Source of the DNA: Rothia sp. (in: high G+C Gram-positive bacteria)
Lineage (GTDB): Bacteria > Actinomycetota > Actinomycetes > Actinomycetales > Micrococcaceae
Assembly: GCA_043424895.1 (NCBI GenBank)
Contig: JBHWPN010000093.1
Location: 2,832-66,831, forward strand
Reading direction: 5' to 3'
DNA length: 64,000 bases
Every line of letters starts with the position of its first letter. The stretch's first letter is position 1. A program made the translations under genes and the position numbers. Positions 29,789 through 39,728 of this stretch are shown here, in pieces. A model generated the notes under the pieces. The model did not search any database and was not told the origin of the DNA. It saw only the letters and a program-made list of their open reading frames with translations.

Positions 29789-29804
29789 TGTCAATCGTTT
29801 GCCA
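29789..29804. promoter_or_regulatory. LacI-type operator upstream of GH32 paralog 2
   Basis: TGTCAATCGTTTGCCA, flanked by AATA / TATT that extend the palindrome. Confidence 0.72.
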
Positions 29805-30004
29805 TATTCGTGCAAGATTCAACACTTTACTCCTTAACAACGTACCCTTCAACGTGATGATCCGCTCTGATAAGCCGGGTGATTACCGGGCAAGAAACAC
29901 CCACATATTCAGTATGACTAGGTAAAACTTTTCCACACACCGCTCAGCAACATTTGAGCTGTACCCATTTATTCATCTTTGGGATGCACCACATTTAAAG
30001 CCGC

Positions 30005-30036
30005 AAGGCGGCACCACCAAAAGGTGATACCGCCTT
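30005..30036 (-). terminator. Hairpin / probable terminator after rplL
   Basis: AAGGCGG.ACCACC / GGTGATACCGCCTT inverted repeat. Confidence 0.6.
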
Positions 30037-30076
30037 GAGCGTAAGAACAGCGAAAATGCTGTGAAAAGTAATGGAA

Positions 30077-30451
30077 TTACTTGAGGGTGATGGTTGCGCC
30101 TGCGCCCTCGAGCTGTTCCTTTGCCTTTTCTGCATCTTCCTTTGAAGCGCCTTCGAGGATAGCCTTGGGAGCTGAGTCAACGAGGTCCTTAGCTTCCTTG
30201 AGGCCGAGTGAGGTAAGTGCGCGAACTTCCTTAATCACTGCAATCTTCTTGTCGCCTGCTGATTCGAGGATTACATCGAATTCGTCCTTCTCTTCAGCTG
30301 CTGCTTCGCCGCCTGCTGCGCCTGCAACTGCAACGGGAGCTGCTGCGGTTACGTCGAATTCTTCTTCGAATGCCTTAACGAATTCTGAAACCTCTACGAG
30401 TGAGAGTTCCTTGAATGCTTCAATGAGTTCTTCGATGGAAAGCTTAGCCAT
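30077..30451 (-). CDS. rplL: 50S ribosomal protein L7/L12
   Basis: [19 protein letters not shown] and [10 protein letters not shown] motifs. Confidence 0.98.
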   Translation of the reverse strand: MAKLSIEELIEAFKELSLVEVSEFVKAFEEEFDVTAAAPVAVAGAAGGEAAAEEKDEFDVILESAGDKKIAVIKEVRALTSLGLKEAKDLVDSAPKAILEGASKEDAEKAKEQLEGAGATITLK

Positions 30452-30559
30452 TGTTAGGCTCCTTCTTTATCAGGTGTAGGTGAGATACCTACATGTGAAA
30501 AATCTTTGGGTTTGCTCGAGCATCGTGCCGAGCGAAGCTGAAAAATCAGCGGAGTAAAA

Positions 30560-31096
30560 TTACTCTGCGTCCTCTGCGGGTGCTTCTTCTGTTGCTGCAG
30601 GTGCTGCACCTTCGGTTTCTTCGAGCTTGATGCGCAGTGCATCGACGGTGCGTGCAATCTTTGAGAGTGCACCCTTTGCGCCGCCTGCAACCTTTGCCAG
30701 CAGAACCTCGCGTGATTCGAGGCTTGCAAAGCGGTCAACGCCTGCCTGATCGAGAGCTTCACCTTCGTAGTAACCGCTCTTGATAATCAGCTGGGGGTTT
30801 TCCTTGGCGAAGTCACGCAGTGCCTTTGCAGCGTCAATGAATTCACCGTTGATGAATGCAATTGCGCTAGGACCTGCAAGCTGACCATCGAATGCCTCGA
30901 TGCCAGCTTCCTTTGCTGCGATATCAGCAAGGGTGTTCTTCACCACGGCATATTCAGTCTCTGCGCCCAGTGCGCGGCGAAGCTCTTTGAGCTTTGCAAC
31001 TGAGAGACCACGATACTCAGTGAGGACTACTGCGTTTGAGCTTGCGAAGCGTTCCTTCAGCTCAACAACCGCAGCTGCCTTTTCTGCTGTCGCCAT
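30560..31096 (-). CDS. rplJ: 50S ribosomal protein L10
   Basis: TEYRGLSV and VVKNTL motifs. Start set at MATAEK, with GGAAGG upstream. Confidence 0.97.
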   Translation of the reverse strand: MATAEKAAAVVELKERFASSNAVVLTEYRGLSVAKLKELRRALGAETEYAVVKNTLADIAAKEAGIEAFDGQLAGPSAIAFINGEFIDAAKALRDFAKENPQLIIKSGYYEGEALDQAGVDRFASLESREVLLAKVAGGAKGALSKIARTVDALRIKLEETEGAAPAATEEAPAEDAE

Positions 31097-31149
31097 GGTA
31101 TTCCTTCCGTTCTTGGTCGCTGGCCGAGTTCTTTTAGCCTTTCGACAAT

Positions 31150-31310
31150 AAAAAAACCCCGGCGCGTAAGCGACGAGGTAGAACACAATAATAGTGTCAG
31201 TTTCTAAAAACTGTTTGTGTTTGTCCATCACCTACGCGGGCGGTTCTTTCGAACTCTTCTCTGCCTTACAACGTGAGGAAGAAGGCATAGACCAGCGGTC
31301 TTTGGTTCTT
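31150..31310 (-). promoter_or_regulatory. Probable L10 leader (ribosomal protein autoregulatory RNA)
   Basis: Minus strand CCAAAGACCGCTGGT...CCCGCGTAGGTG, followed by a hairpin and T-tract upstream of rplJ. Boundaries are approximate. Confidence 0.6.
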
Positions 31311-31525
31311 CTATCAAACCATAGTTGGATTCAATCCACAAGTGAGAAGTCTGGTTTTAAAGACTTAAGCGTGCTTAATCACTTAAACCTATCAGGTTAC
31401 CCACGCGGGCGCTGACGAACAACTCCTATCGTCATACCAACAACACCCAGAACTATAACCCCCACTGAGAGCCCAAGCACTACTTCACGCCTCATGTTCG
31501 TAGAATTCACAATTATTCGCCAGGC

Positions 31526-31610
31526 CAGCAGCGGCGAACAATCCTTCTCACCCGGTTCGCTTCGCTCACGCGGTGATTCATGCCAGACCCAGCCAGTTCG
31601 CCGCTTGCTG
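31526..31610 (-). repeat. Structured intergenic element, copy A (related to 50518-50631)
   Basis: Outer stem CAGCAAGCGGCGAAC / GTTCGCCGCTGCTG encloses TGGCTGGGTCTGGCATGAATC, an inner stem, and GAGAAGGATT. Confidence 0.7.
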
Positions 31611-31662
31611 TACTTGCTTTTTTATGCGCACATAGCAATGCACTTTTGCCCAGTTATTTAAC

Positions 31663-31703
31663 AAAAATCCGGTGTCTCACCCAAGGGTGAGACACCGGAT
31701 TTT
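31663..31703 (-). terminator. Intrinsic terminator after rplA
   Basis: Perfect inverted repeat AAAATCCGGTGTCTCACCC / GGGTGAGACACCGGATTTT. Confidence 0.88.
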
Positions 31704-31730
31704 ATAAAAGCTCTAATCTATAAAGCTAGA

Positions 31731-32426
31731 TTATGCTGCAACCTCTGAAGGATCCACGGGAACGCCGGGACCGAAGGTGGTAGCAATAGTAGCCTTTGAG
31801 ATGTAGCGACCCTTTGATGATGAGGGCTTGAGGCGGTTAACTTCCTCAAGTGCTGCTTCAAAGTTCTCAACGAGCTGTGCTTCTGAGAATGATGCCTTAC
31901 CAATGATGAAGTGCAGGTTTGAGTTACGGTCAACGCGGAAGTCAATCTTACCGCCCTTGATGTCGTTAACTGCCTTGGTAACGTCCATGGTAACGGTACC
32001 GGTCTTGGGGTTAGGCATGAGGTTACGAGGACCAAGAACCTTACCTAAACGACCGACCTTACCCATCAGGTTGGGGGTAGCAACTGCTGCGTCGAAGTCA
32101 ACCCAGCCGCCAGCAATCTTAGCGATCAGTTCGTCTGAACCAACGAAATCTGCGCCAGCTGCTTCTGCTTCAGCTGCCTTATCGCCTTCAGCGATAACTA
32201 CGACGCGAGCGGTCTTACCGGTGCCGTTAGGCAGGTTTACAGTACCGCGAACCATCTGGTCAGCCTTACGGGGGTCAACTGAAAGACGGAAAGCAACTTC
32301 TACGGTTGCATCGGTCTTGGTTGAAGAGGTTTCCTTCGCAAGAGCAATTGCTTCTGCGGGGGTGTAGAACTTACCCTCTTCGATCTTGGCTACAGCTGCC
32401 TTGTACGCTTTGCTGCGCTTTGCCAT
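31731..32426 (-). CDS. rplA: 50S ribosomal protein L1
   Basis: [16 protein letters not shown] and [14 protein letters not shown] motifs. Confidence 0.98.
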   Translation of the reverse strand: MAKRSKAYKAAVAKIEEGKFYTPAEAIALAKETSSTKTDATVEVAFRLSVDPRKADQMVRGTVNLPNGTGKTARVVVIAEGDKAAEAEAAGADFVGSDELIAKIAGGWVDFDAAVATPNLMGKVGRLGKVLGPRNLMPNPKTGTVTMDVTKAVNDIKGGKIDFRVDRNSNLHFIIGKASFSEAQLVENFEAALEEVNRLKPSSSKGRYISKATIATTFGPGVPVDPSEVAA

Positions 32427-32446
32427 CTGCTTATCTCCTTATGCAG

Positions 32447-32482
32447 TTGTGGTCATTATGAGCCGCGCGGACCCTGCCACAT
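32447..32482 (-). promoter_or_regulatory. Putative L1-binding autoregulatory site between rplK and rplA
   Basis: Minus-strand GTGGCAGGG...GACCAC stem with an internal loop just upstream of the rplA RBS. Confidence 0.45.
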
Positions 32483-32546
32483 GCTTACATCCGTGTAGAT
32501 GTAAGCGCTTAAAAATTTCAAATGTAGCGTGAGCTACGGGGAGGCC

Positions 32547-32975
32547 TTACTTAACCTCGATACCCATTGAACGAGCGGTGCCTGCAATGATCTTTGCAGC
32601 TGCATCGATGTCGTTCGCGTTGAGGTCGGGCATCTTGGTTTCAGCGATTTCGCGAACCTGCGCCTCGGTGATTGAACCAACCTTGTTGGTGTGGGGCACA
32701 CCTGAACCCTTAGCAACGCCAGCAGCCTTCTTGATGAGGCCTGATGCCGGAGGGGTCTTGGTGATAAAGGTGAATGAACGGTCTTCGTAAACGGTGATTT
32801 CAACCGGAACGATGTTGCCGCGCATGTGTTCAGTTGCAGCGTTGTAAGCCTTGGTGAACTCCATGATGTTCACGCCGTGCTGACCCAGTGCAGGACCAAC
32901 GGGAGGAGCCGGGTTAGCAGCGCCTGCCTGAATCTGCAGCTTAATGAGGCCTGAGACCTTCTTCTTGGGAGCCAA
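32547..32975 (-). CDS. rplK: 50S ribosomal protein L11
   Basis: [12 protein letters not shown] and GTARSMG motifs; TTG start. Confidence 0.98.
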   Translation of the reverse strand: MAPKKKVSGLIKLQIQAGAANPAPPVGPALGQHGVNIMEFTKAYNAATEHMRGNIVPVEITVYEDRSFTFITKTPPASGLIKKAAGVAKGSGVPHTNKVGSITEAQVREIAETKMPDLNANDIDAAAKIIAGTARSMGIEVK

Positions 32976-33197
32976 TGTAGCATCCTTTTCTTAGCTGTGG
33001 AACCAACGCACAGGAGCGTGACGTTGGCGGTTGACAACCGTGGCGCGGTTGCCTTGCACATATTCACTAAGCGTGAGTGAACACATGCAACTATCTATCT
33101 TAGTGGTTTTAAGAGGTTAAAACCAATGAGAATTTGATGTGGGTTCTGTTCTTTTCTTCACACCCGCACTTGCGAAAGAACCCCTCACCGCATAAAT

Positions 33198-33232
33198 AAA
33201 GCCCCAAGTTCTTGACAGAACTCGGGGCTTTT
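33198..33232 (-). terminator. Terminator after nusG
   Basis: AAAGCCCCAAGTTCT / AGAACTCGGGGCTTT inverted repeat. Confidence 0.7.
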
Positions 33233-33247
33233 CCAACTCTCAAAGTC

Positions 33248-34009
33248 TTACATCTTGGTGACCTGGTTGAAGTTGAGGGTCACGGGAGTCTCGCGCTCGA
33301 AGACAGAAATAAGAACAACCATTGAGGATGACTCGGGCTTGATTTCTGAAATGGTGGCGGGCATACCCTCGAACGGGCCTTCCTTGACGGTGACAGCCTC
33401 ACCAACTTCCCAGCCGGTTTCGTACTGGGGTGCTGCAGCGGGTGCTTCGCCAGCTTCTGCCTGTTCGGTTTCAAAGACAGGAGCCAACATGTCTACTACC
33501 TCATCAAGGCGCAAAGGAACCGGGTTGTAAGCGTCCTGGCCCACGAAGCCGGTAACACCCGGGGTATGGCGAACAACGCCCCAGGTCTCATCGGTCAAGT
33601 TCATGCGAACCAAAACATAACCGGGAATACGTACGCGACGAACAAGCTTCTTGGAAGTGTTCTTAACTTCCATAACCTCTTCCATCGGAACCTGAATCTC
33701 GAAAATATCTTCCTCAGCATTAAAAGTCTGAGCGCGAGTTTCGAGGTTGGTCTTCACGCGGTTCTCGTAACCAGCGTAGGTGTGAATGACGAACCATTCA
33801 CCTTCTTGTCGACGCAACTTGGATTTGAATTCTTCCATCGGATCAACTGCAGGAGCGCCTTCAGTTTCTTCCGCTACCTGAGCAGCAGCTACCTCAACAG
33901 CCTCGGCGGGCTCTTCGGCGCCGGTTGACTCCGCGTCGATTTCTTCGGTGTGCTGTGAAGAAGTTTCTACAACCTCTTCGGTTTCGGGTGAAAGTTCCTG
34001 ATCGGACAC
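33248..34009 (-). CDS. nusG: Transcription termination/antitermination factor NusG
   Basis: WFVIHTYAGYENRVK, PGYVLV, TPGVTGFVG and KOW FERETPV motifs; acidic N-terminal extension; GTG start chosen. Confidence 0.96.
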   Translation of the reverse strand: MSDQELSPETEEVVETSSQHTEEIDAESTGAEEPAEAVEVAAAQVAEETEGAPAVDPMEEFKSKLRRQEGEWFVIHTYAGYENRVKTNLETRAQTFNAEEDIFEIQVPMEEVMEVKNTSKKLVRRVRIPGYVLVRMNLTDETWGVVRHTPGVTGFVGQDAYNPVPLRLDEVVDMLAPVFETEQAEAGEAPAAAPQYETGWEVGEAVTVKEGPFEGMPATISEIKPESSSMVVLISVFERETPVTLNFNQVTKM

Positions 34010-34143
34010 TTTTGCCTGCTTTCCGTGATACTGAAAGAACCTCGCGTTACACACAAAATGTAACGAAGGTTCTATATTCGTTCAGTTAAGTCTAAATCTC
34101 TAAACTCAAGTCTAAATTATTTTAGTGTCTTAAGCACCCAATG

Positions 34144-34410
34144 CTAAGCGCCGGGCATATCTCCGTTACCGAAGATCCAAAATGCTGCCTGACCAAAGAG
34201 GTAATCAAGACCGAAGATAAGTAGCATCATGAAAACCACGAACACTAGAACAACAGCAACATAGTTAGCTAGTTCTTTTTTAGTGGGGGTAGTAACTTTT
34301 TTGAGTTCTGCAATAATTTCGCGCAAGAACTGCAAAATGCGACCAAAGAATCCACGACGCTTGTCAGTTTCGGGTGTGCGTCCGGCAGAAGCAGCAACAG
34401 ACTTAGCCAT
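34144..34410 (-). CDS. secE: Preprotein translocase subunit SecE
   Basis: FLREIIAELKKVTTP motif plus one TM segment; lies between tRNA-Trp and nusG. Confidence 0.94.
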   Translation of the reverse strand: MAKSVAASAGRTPETDKRRGFFGRILQFLREIIAELKKVTTPTKKELANYVAVVLVFVVFMMLLIFGLDYLFGQAAFWIFGNGDMPGA

Positions 34411-34496
34411 AGATGCGACGCCCCTTTCGTTGATTTACGAGCGGATACCGCGTCAGATAAACCGCTTGAAAAAATAATGTAACTGAGGCTTGAAAG

Positions 34497-34569
34497 CAGG
34501 GCGGACAGGACTCGAACCTGCAACCTGCGGTTTTGGAGACCGCTGCTCTACCAATTGAGCCACCGCCCT
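34497..34569 (-). tRNA. tRNA-Trp (CCA)
   Basis: AGGGCGGTGGCTCAATTGGTAGAGCAGCGGTCTCCAAAACCGCAGGTTGCAGGTTCGAGTCCTGTCCGCCCTG folds as a cloverleaf. Confidence 0.97.
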
Positions 34570-34873
34570 TTGAAACGTAAAGTTTCTAAGGTGTATGCCC
34601 TGAAACAAGACATAAATGAGTTGTTCGGTTGCGAACAACAGGTACAACTCTAAGGGATAAAAAAATATTTTGCAATTCTTCCTTATGCCCATCACTTTGC
34701 CCCGCCACTGAGTGCTGTTTGGATGTATAACGAAAATCAGTTGATTATGTCTCACCTGCGGTATTTCTTGGCGGCAATACCCGGTCCTTTCCATGCGCGT
34801 CATTATGCTTTTAACCACGGACATTACTGTTATCGCACCGCAAACTACGTACACCACGGAAAGAGAGCATCCC

Positions 34874-36076
34874 ATGTCATCACGAATTTCCCGCCGCATC
34901 GCGGCGATTGCTCCGAGTGCGACCCTAGCGGTCGATTCCAAAGCTAAGGCTCTAAAAGCAGAAGGACGCCCGGTCATTGGTTTCGGCGCGGGTGAGCCCG
35001 ACTTCCCTACGCCTGACTACATTGTCGATGCTGCTGCTAAGGCGGTTCACGACCCTAAAAACCACCGCTACACTGCTGCCGCAGGTCTACCCGAGCTCAA
35101 AAAAGCGATTGCAGAAAAGACCAAACGCGACTCAGGCATCGAAGTTGACCCCGCTCAGGTCATCGTTACTAACGGTGGTAAGCAGGCGGTATATGAGGCA
35201 TTTGCGACCGTCATTGATGAGGGTGATGATGTCCTGTTGCCAGCTCCCTACTGGACGACTTATCCCGAGGCAATTCGTCTAGCCGGTGGTAACCCTATCG
35301 AGGTTTTCGCGGGCTCAGAGCTCGAGTACAAAGTCACACCTGAAATGCTCGAAGATGCCTACACCGAAAACACCAAAGCACTTATTTTTGTCTCTCCCTC
35401 TAACCCCACCGGCGCCGTCTACACACCAGAAGAAACCAAAGTCATCGGTGAATGGGCACTGAGCAAAGGTATTTTTGTTCTCACTGACGAGATTTATGAG
35501 CACCTTACGTACGACGGTGTTCCCTTTACTTCTATCGTCAAAGCTGTGCCCGAGCTTGCCGAAAACACCGTCATTCTCAATGGCGTAGCCAAAACCTACG
35601 CAATGACAGGATGGCGCGTGGGCTGGCTCATTGGCCCCGCCGACGTTGTAAAAGCAGCTACTAACTTGCAGTCGCATCTGAGCTCAAACGTGAACAACGT
35701 GGCTCAGATTGCTGCCCTCACTGCGGTTTCAGGTTCGCTGGATGCCGTCAATAAAATGCACGAGGCTTTTGACCGTCGCCGCAAAACCATCGTCGAGGCT
35801 CTCAATGCCATTGACGGCGTACACTGCCCCACCCCCAAGGGAGCTTTCTACGTCTACGCAGACATCCGCGAATTGTTAGGTAAGGAAATAGCAGGCAAGA
35901 CCCCGCAAACTTCCGCTGAACTTGCCGAAATTATCTTGACCGAAGCAGAAGTCGCTGTGGTTCCCGGAGAAGCCTTTGGCCCCTCCGGTTACCTGCGACT
36001 GTCCTACGCGCTCGGTGATGATGACCTTGCAGAAGGCGTAACACGCATCCAAAAACTCTTGGCAACTGCCAAATAA
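34874..36076 (+). CDS. Class I PLP-dependent aminotransferase (aspartate aminotransferase type)
   Basis: GEPDF, SPSNPTG, TDEIY and [12 protein letters not shown] motifs. Start set at MSSRIS. Confidence 0.93.
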   Translation: MSSRISRRIAAIAPSATLAVDSKAKALKAEGRPVIGFGAGEPDFPTPDYIVDAAAKAVHDPKNHRYTAAAGLPELKKAIAEKTKRDSGIEVDPAQVIVTNGGKQAVYEAFATVIDEGDDVLLPAPYWTTYPEAIRLAGGNPIEVFAGSELEYKVTPEMLEDAYTENTKALIFVSPSNPTGAVYTPEETKVIGEWALSKGIFVLTDEIYEHLTYDGVPFTSIVKAVPELAENTVILNGVAKTYAMTGWRVGWLIGPADVVKAATNLQSHLSSNVNNVAQIAALTAVSGSLDAVNKMHEAFDRRRKTIVEALNAIDGVHCPTPKGAFYVYADIRELLGKEIAGKTPQTSAELAEIILTEAEVAVVPGEAFGPSGYLRLSYALGDDDLAEGVTRIQKLLATAK

Positions 36077-36095
36077 GAACTCTACGTTTTTCTTG

Positions 36096-36138
36096 AAAAT
36101 AACCCCCGATTGCTTATCTGCAATCGGGGGTTATTTTT
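36096..36138. terminator. Bidirectional intrinsic terminator
   Basis: AAAATAACCCCCGATTGC / GCAATCGGGGGTTATTTT between convergent genes. Confidence 0.88.
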
Positions 36139-36152
36139 GTGAAATTAAGACG

Positions 36153-37217
36153 CTAGAACAGCTTGGGTAAAGATCTAATATCAGCTATCACGGTACTTTG
36201 ATCGCTGAATTTATCGGTTTGAAAGAGACCGGTTGTCACCGCTACAAAATCGAGGCCGGCAGATAAGGCCGCTTTTTCATCGGTCAAAGCATCACCAACA
36301 TAGGTAATCTCAGTTTTTCCTAAAGCAGTGAGCAGTGTGATTGCCCGATCGAATACGCGCGGGTTCGGTTTGTGAAACTCAGTAAGGTCTGCACCTTGAA
36401 CGAGAAGCAGACGATCCATCGGGTAGCCGTGCTCTTTAAGCTCAGTAACTGCTCGTTCTGTCACGGTAGAGGTGATAATACCAACCGTTATTCCGCGGTT
36501 TAACAGCTCAACTACCGCATCCAGAGCACCCTCAATAGGTTTCTTGGGAAAGCGGTCGTTACTTGCCCTGTTCGCAGCCAACCGCTCTTGCGCCGTACCC
36601 TTACCCCGATAGAGTAGAGAAATCATTTCTTCAAACGGCTTGCCCCAGTGTTCGGCAAGTTCTTCATCGGTCACATCGATTCCGAAGGAATTTTTAGCAA
36701 CAAATCGATGGTGTTCCCATTTAACCTCGCGGGTCAAAAAGAGGGTGTCATCCAGGTCAAAAAGCACAGCTCGACGCGGGTTCTGTGCATCAGTCACCAC
36801 TGCTTTTTGGACAAGGTCATCGAGAATCAGGCGCGTAGCAGATGAAACCGCCTCAGAATCTTCTGCCCCAATCCACCGCAACTCTTCAATTTCTTGGGAT
36901 GCGTGTGGCTCAGCCTTTAAAGATGCGACAAAAGCATGAAGGTTCACCTGTTTACCTTGGCGTTTACCGTGCGCTTGGCTCGTAAACACACCAAGTTCGC
37001 TCACAGACTCTTCGACGATCTCAGTGGCAAGTTCTTCTTCAACCTCGCGAAAGAGAGCTTGCTCAGCAGTTTCGTGCGTTTCAATTTTGCCACCGGGAAC
37101 ATAAAACAGGTTCTTGCCAAAGCTACGAGCCACCAACAGTTTGCCGTTATGCACAGTGACTAATGCAGATTTTTGGATGGGATCATCAAGTGCGTAGGTA
37201 GGGTGTTGCTCGAACAT
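36153..37217 (-). CDS. NUDIX hydrolase - HAD phosphatase fusion
   Basis: Nudix box GGKIETHETAEQALFREVEEEL; HAD motifs FDLDDTL, TS, KPNP and VGDALTD. Start is uncertain. Confidence 0.85.
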   Translation of the reverse strand: MFEQHPTYALDDPIQKSALVTVHNGKLLVARSFGKNLFYVPGGKIETHETAEQALFREVEEELATEIVEESVSELGVFTSQAHGKRQGKQVNLHAFVASLKAEPHASQEIEELRWIGAEDSEAVSSATRLILDDLVQKAVVTDAQNPRRAVLFDLDDTLFLTREVKWEHHRFVAKNSFGIDVTDEELAEHWGKPFEEMISLLYRGKGTAQERLAANRASNDRFPKKPIEGALDAVVELLNRGITVGIITSTVTERAVTELKEHGYPMDRLLLVQGADLTEFHKPNPRVFDRAITLLTALGKTEITYVGDALTDEKAALSAGLDFVAVTTGLFQTDKFSDQSTVIADIRSLPKLF

Positions 37218-37373
37218 AAATACCTGTTTCATTTCTGGCTGAGGCTCGATAAAGCGATTCCTCAACACGGTGCAGTGCTTCACACCATAGTATCGACCGT
37301 AACCTCATCTTCTTTGCGACTCGCTTTTTGTTTCAGCGATGTATAACCGCGTCAATGTTGAAGGAATGAGCAA

Positions 37374-38298
37374 CTATTTCGCTGCTTCTTCACGGTTGGT
37401 GGGAGCAAACGCCAGTATCAACAGCACTAGCGCAATCAGAACTAACCCTACCCATCCCAAAAGTCGCAAGGTCTCTCCCACTACCATAACCGCCAAGATG
37501 GTCGCCACGGCCGGCTCTGAAAGAGTGATAGTTGTGGCTGTACTCGCAGAGATTTTTGTCAGCCCAAAGCCAAAGAGTACGTATCCAATGAACATCGGAA
37601 CTAAAGCCATATAGGAAGCGACAGCAAAGTTCGTGACGCTAGCAATAAGCGGGGCGCCGGTTATCAGCAACACCGGCACCAGCAGTGCGCCTCCGCCACC
37701 GAACACAGCACCCATAGACGCGGCGCGTCCGGCACCGGCATCAATAAGAGTTGCAATCACCCAGGTGTAACCGGCATAAGTCAGTCCCGCTACAAGGCCA
37801 AGAACAATACCGATAACAGTCGAGGCTCCAAGCTCCGGCCTGGACCGCATCTTTGAAACAGTTAACAAGGTGCTTCCGGCAATTCCCAAAAGTGCAGCCG
37901 TCCACCACCAGCCGCTGAGTTTTTTTACGATCTATCAGCAGCTCTAAAAGACCCGAAAAGATTGGGGCTGAAGCTAAAGAGATGACCGACCCAATGGCTA
38001 CACCGGCAAAGTGCATCGAAGAGTAGAAACTCAACGCGTATATGGCAACACCCATGGATCCCAGGAACCAGATGTTCTTGTGCTTCAGCAAAAGAGTCAA
38101 GTTATTACTCAGAGCACGTAGCGCGATAGTTGCTTGCAGGAGTCCGCAAACGCCCAGAGCAGCAGCACCAATAGCAAACGAGGAAGCATCTTTTGCAAAA
38201 GTGGCGACGGTTCCTGTCGTGCCCCACAAGAAAGACGTCAGCATTACTGCTGTCATCCCCAACAGACGCTCGCTATTGTTATCATCAGCTTTTACCAT
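37374..38298 (-). pseudogene. EamA/DMT transporter split by a +1 frameshift in an A7 tract (37920-37926)
   Basis: 5' ORF (LWGTTGT...SAPIFSGL) and 3' ORF (...TITLSEPAVA) are in different frames. Removing one A gives a continuous ...DRKKLSGWWWTAALLGIAGS. Confidence 0.82.
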
Positions 38299-38599
38299 TC
38301 GCACCTCCTCCCATGTCTTTGGCTGACGCTGAGTCTCAGACAGTCTATGCTATTGATTCAGCGAGTAAGAGGACATCTGGGTTTAGGTAAAAATACATCT
38401 AATGCAGAGGGAAAGTTCATACTTAACAACTACTCCCACAGCTACCCACACAACACCAGATTTACTACAATAGAAACCAAGCTAGTACTCGGTTGTTTTA
38501 GGGTTTGTACGGAAGAAAAACTCTCCCAAACAATCACAACTACACATCAGGGTTCTGACATCAACCATTTCCACCTGGAAAATTTTAGGAGATCCTCCC

Positions 38600-39628
38600 A
38601 TGAAGATCGGTCTGCTCACCTCCGGCGGCGACTGCCCCGGCCTCAACGCTGTTATCCGCGGTGCAGTGCTCAACGGCATCAAAACTTATGACTACGAATT
38701 CGTAGGCTTCCGCGACGGCTGGCGCGGCGTTGTCGAGGGTGATTACATGGATCTCCCCCGAACCAAAGTTCGCGGTCTAGCTCGTCAGGGCGGCACCATT
38801 TTGGGTACCTCACGCACCAACCCCTTCGATGGCAACGGTGGCCCCGAAAACATTGAAATCATGCTGGAGAAAAACGGCATCGACGCCATCGTAGCTATCG
38901 GCGGCGAAGGCACCCTTGCCGGTGCAAAGCGTCTAGCAGATGCTGGTCTTCCCGTAGTCGGCGTTCCTAAGACCATCGACAACGACCTTCAGGCAACCGA
39001 CTACACCTTCGGTTTTGACACCGCTGTCTCTATCGCAACTGACGCAATGGACCGCATCCGCACCACCGGTGAATCACACCACCGTTGCATGGTTGCAGAG
39101 GTAATGGGACGCCACGTAGGTTGGATTGCTCTGCACTCAGGTATGTCAGCAGGCGCTCACGCAGTACTGATTCCCGAGCAGAAAGTGTCTATGGAACAGG
39201 TTTCTCAGTGGGTTAAAGAAGTTCACGACCGCGGCCGTTCACCGCTTGTTGTTGTTGCCGAAGGCTTCATCCCCGAAGGTTTTGAAGACGTCATGCACGA
39301 TAAGGGCGTAGAAAAGGACGGCCGCCCCCGCCTCGGAGGCATCGGCGAATACGTCACCCACGAAATCGAGCGCATCACCGGCATCGAAACCCGTAACACA
39401 ACCCTTGGCCACATTCAGCGCGGTGGTGCTCCCACCGGTTTCGACCGCGTACTTGCAACTCGTTTAGGCATGGGCGTCGTTGATATGATTCACGACAAAG
39501 AATGGGGCAAGATGGTTGCTCTGCAGGGCACTGATATCAAGCGTGTTGACTTCTCAGAGGCTCTGGACGGTCTCAAGACTGTTCCTCAGCATCGCTGGGA
39601 TGAGGCTAAGGTTCTCTTCGGTCGGTAA
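38600..39628 (+). CDS. pfkA: 6-phosphofructokinase (ATP-type motif residues)
   Basis: TSGGDCPGLN, GGEGT, GVPKTIDND, EVMGR and LGHIQRGG motifs. Confidence 0.95.
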   Translation: MKIGLLTSGGDCPGLNAVIRGAVLNGIKTYDYEFVGFRDGWRGVVEGDYMDLPRTKVRGLARQGGTILGTSRTNPFDGNGGPENIEIMLEKNGIDAIVAIGGEGTLAGAKRLADAGLPVVGVPKTIDNDLQATDYTFGFDTAVSIATDAMDRIRTTGESHHRCMVAEVMGRHVGWIALHSGMSAGAHAVLIPEQKVSMEQVSQWVKEVHDRGRSPLVVVAEGFIPEGFEDVMHDKGVEKDGRPRLGGIGEYVTHEIERITGIETRNTTLGHIQRGGAPTGFDRVLATRLGMGVVDMIHDKEWGKMVALQGTDIKRVDFSEALDGLKTVPQHRWDEAKVLFGR

Positions 39629-39651
39629 ATCGACCACCTGCTTCTGATAAG

Positions 39652-39699
39652 AATCAAAAAGCGTCCGCACTCGATATCGAGCGCGGACGCTTTTTGATT
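39652..39699. terminator. Bidirectional intrinsic terminator
   Basis: AATCAAAAAGCGTCCGC / GCGGACGCTTTTTGATT. Confidence 0.88.
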
Positions 39700-39728
39700 T
39701 AGTCTAAAAAGACTACGAGTAAGAGCTT

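Noticed and set aside
30081..32790. Long antisense ORFs over rplL, rplJ, rplA and rplK (e.g. 31828-32367)
   Set aside because: Shadow frames produced by codon bias in highly expressed genes; no recognisable motifs.
34453..34977. 174-aa minus-strand ORF
   Set aside because: Overlaps tRNA-Trp and the aminotransferase start; no protein features.
38134..38691. 185-aa plus-strand ORF
   Set aside because: Overlaps the EamA gene antisense and pfkA out of frame; atypical composition.
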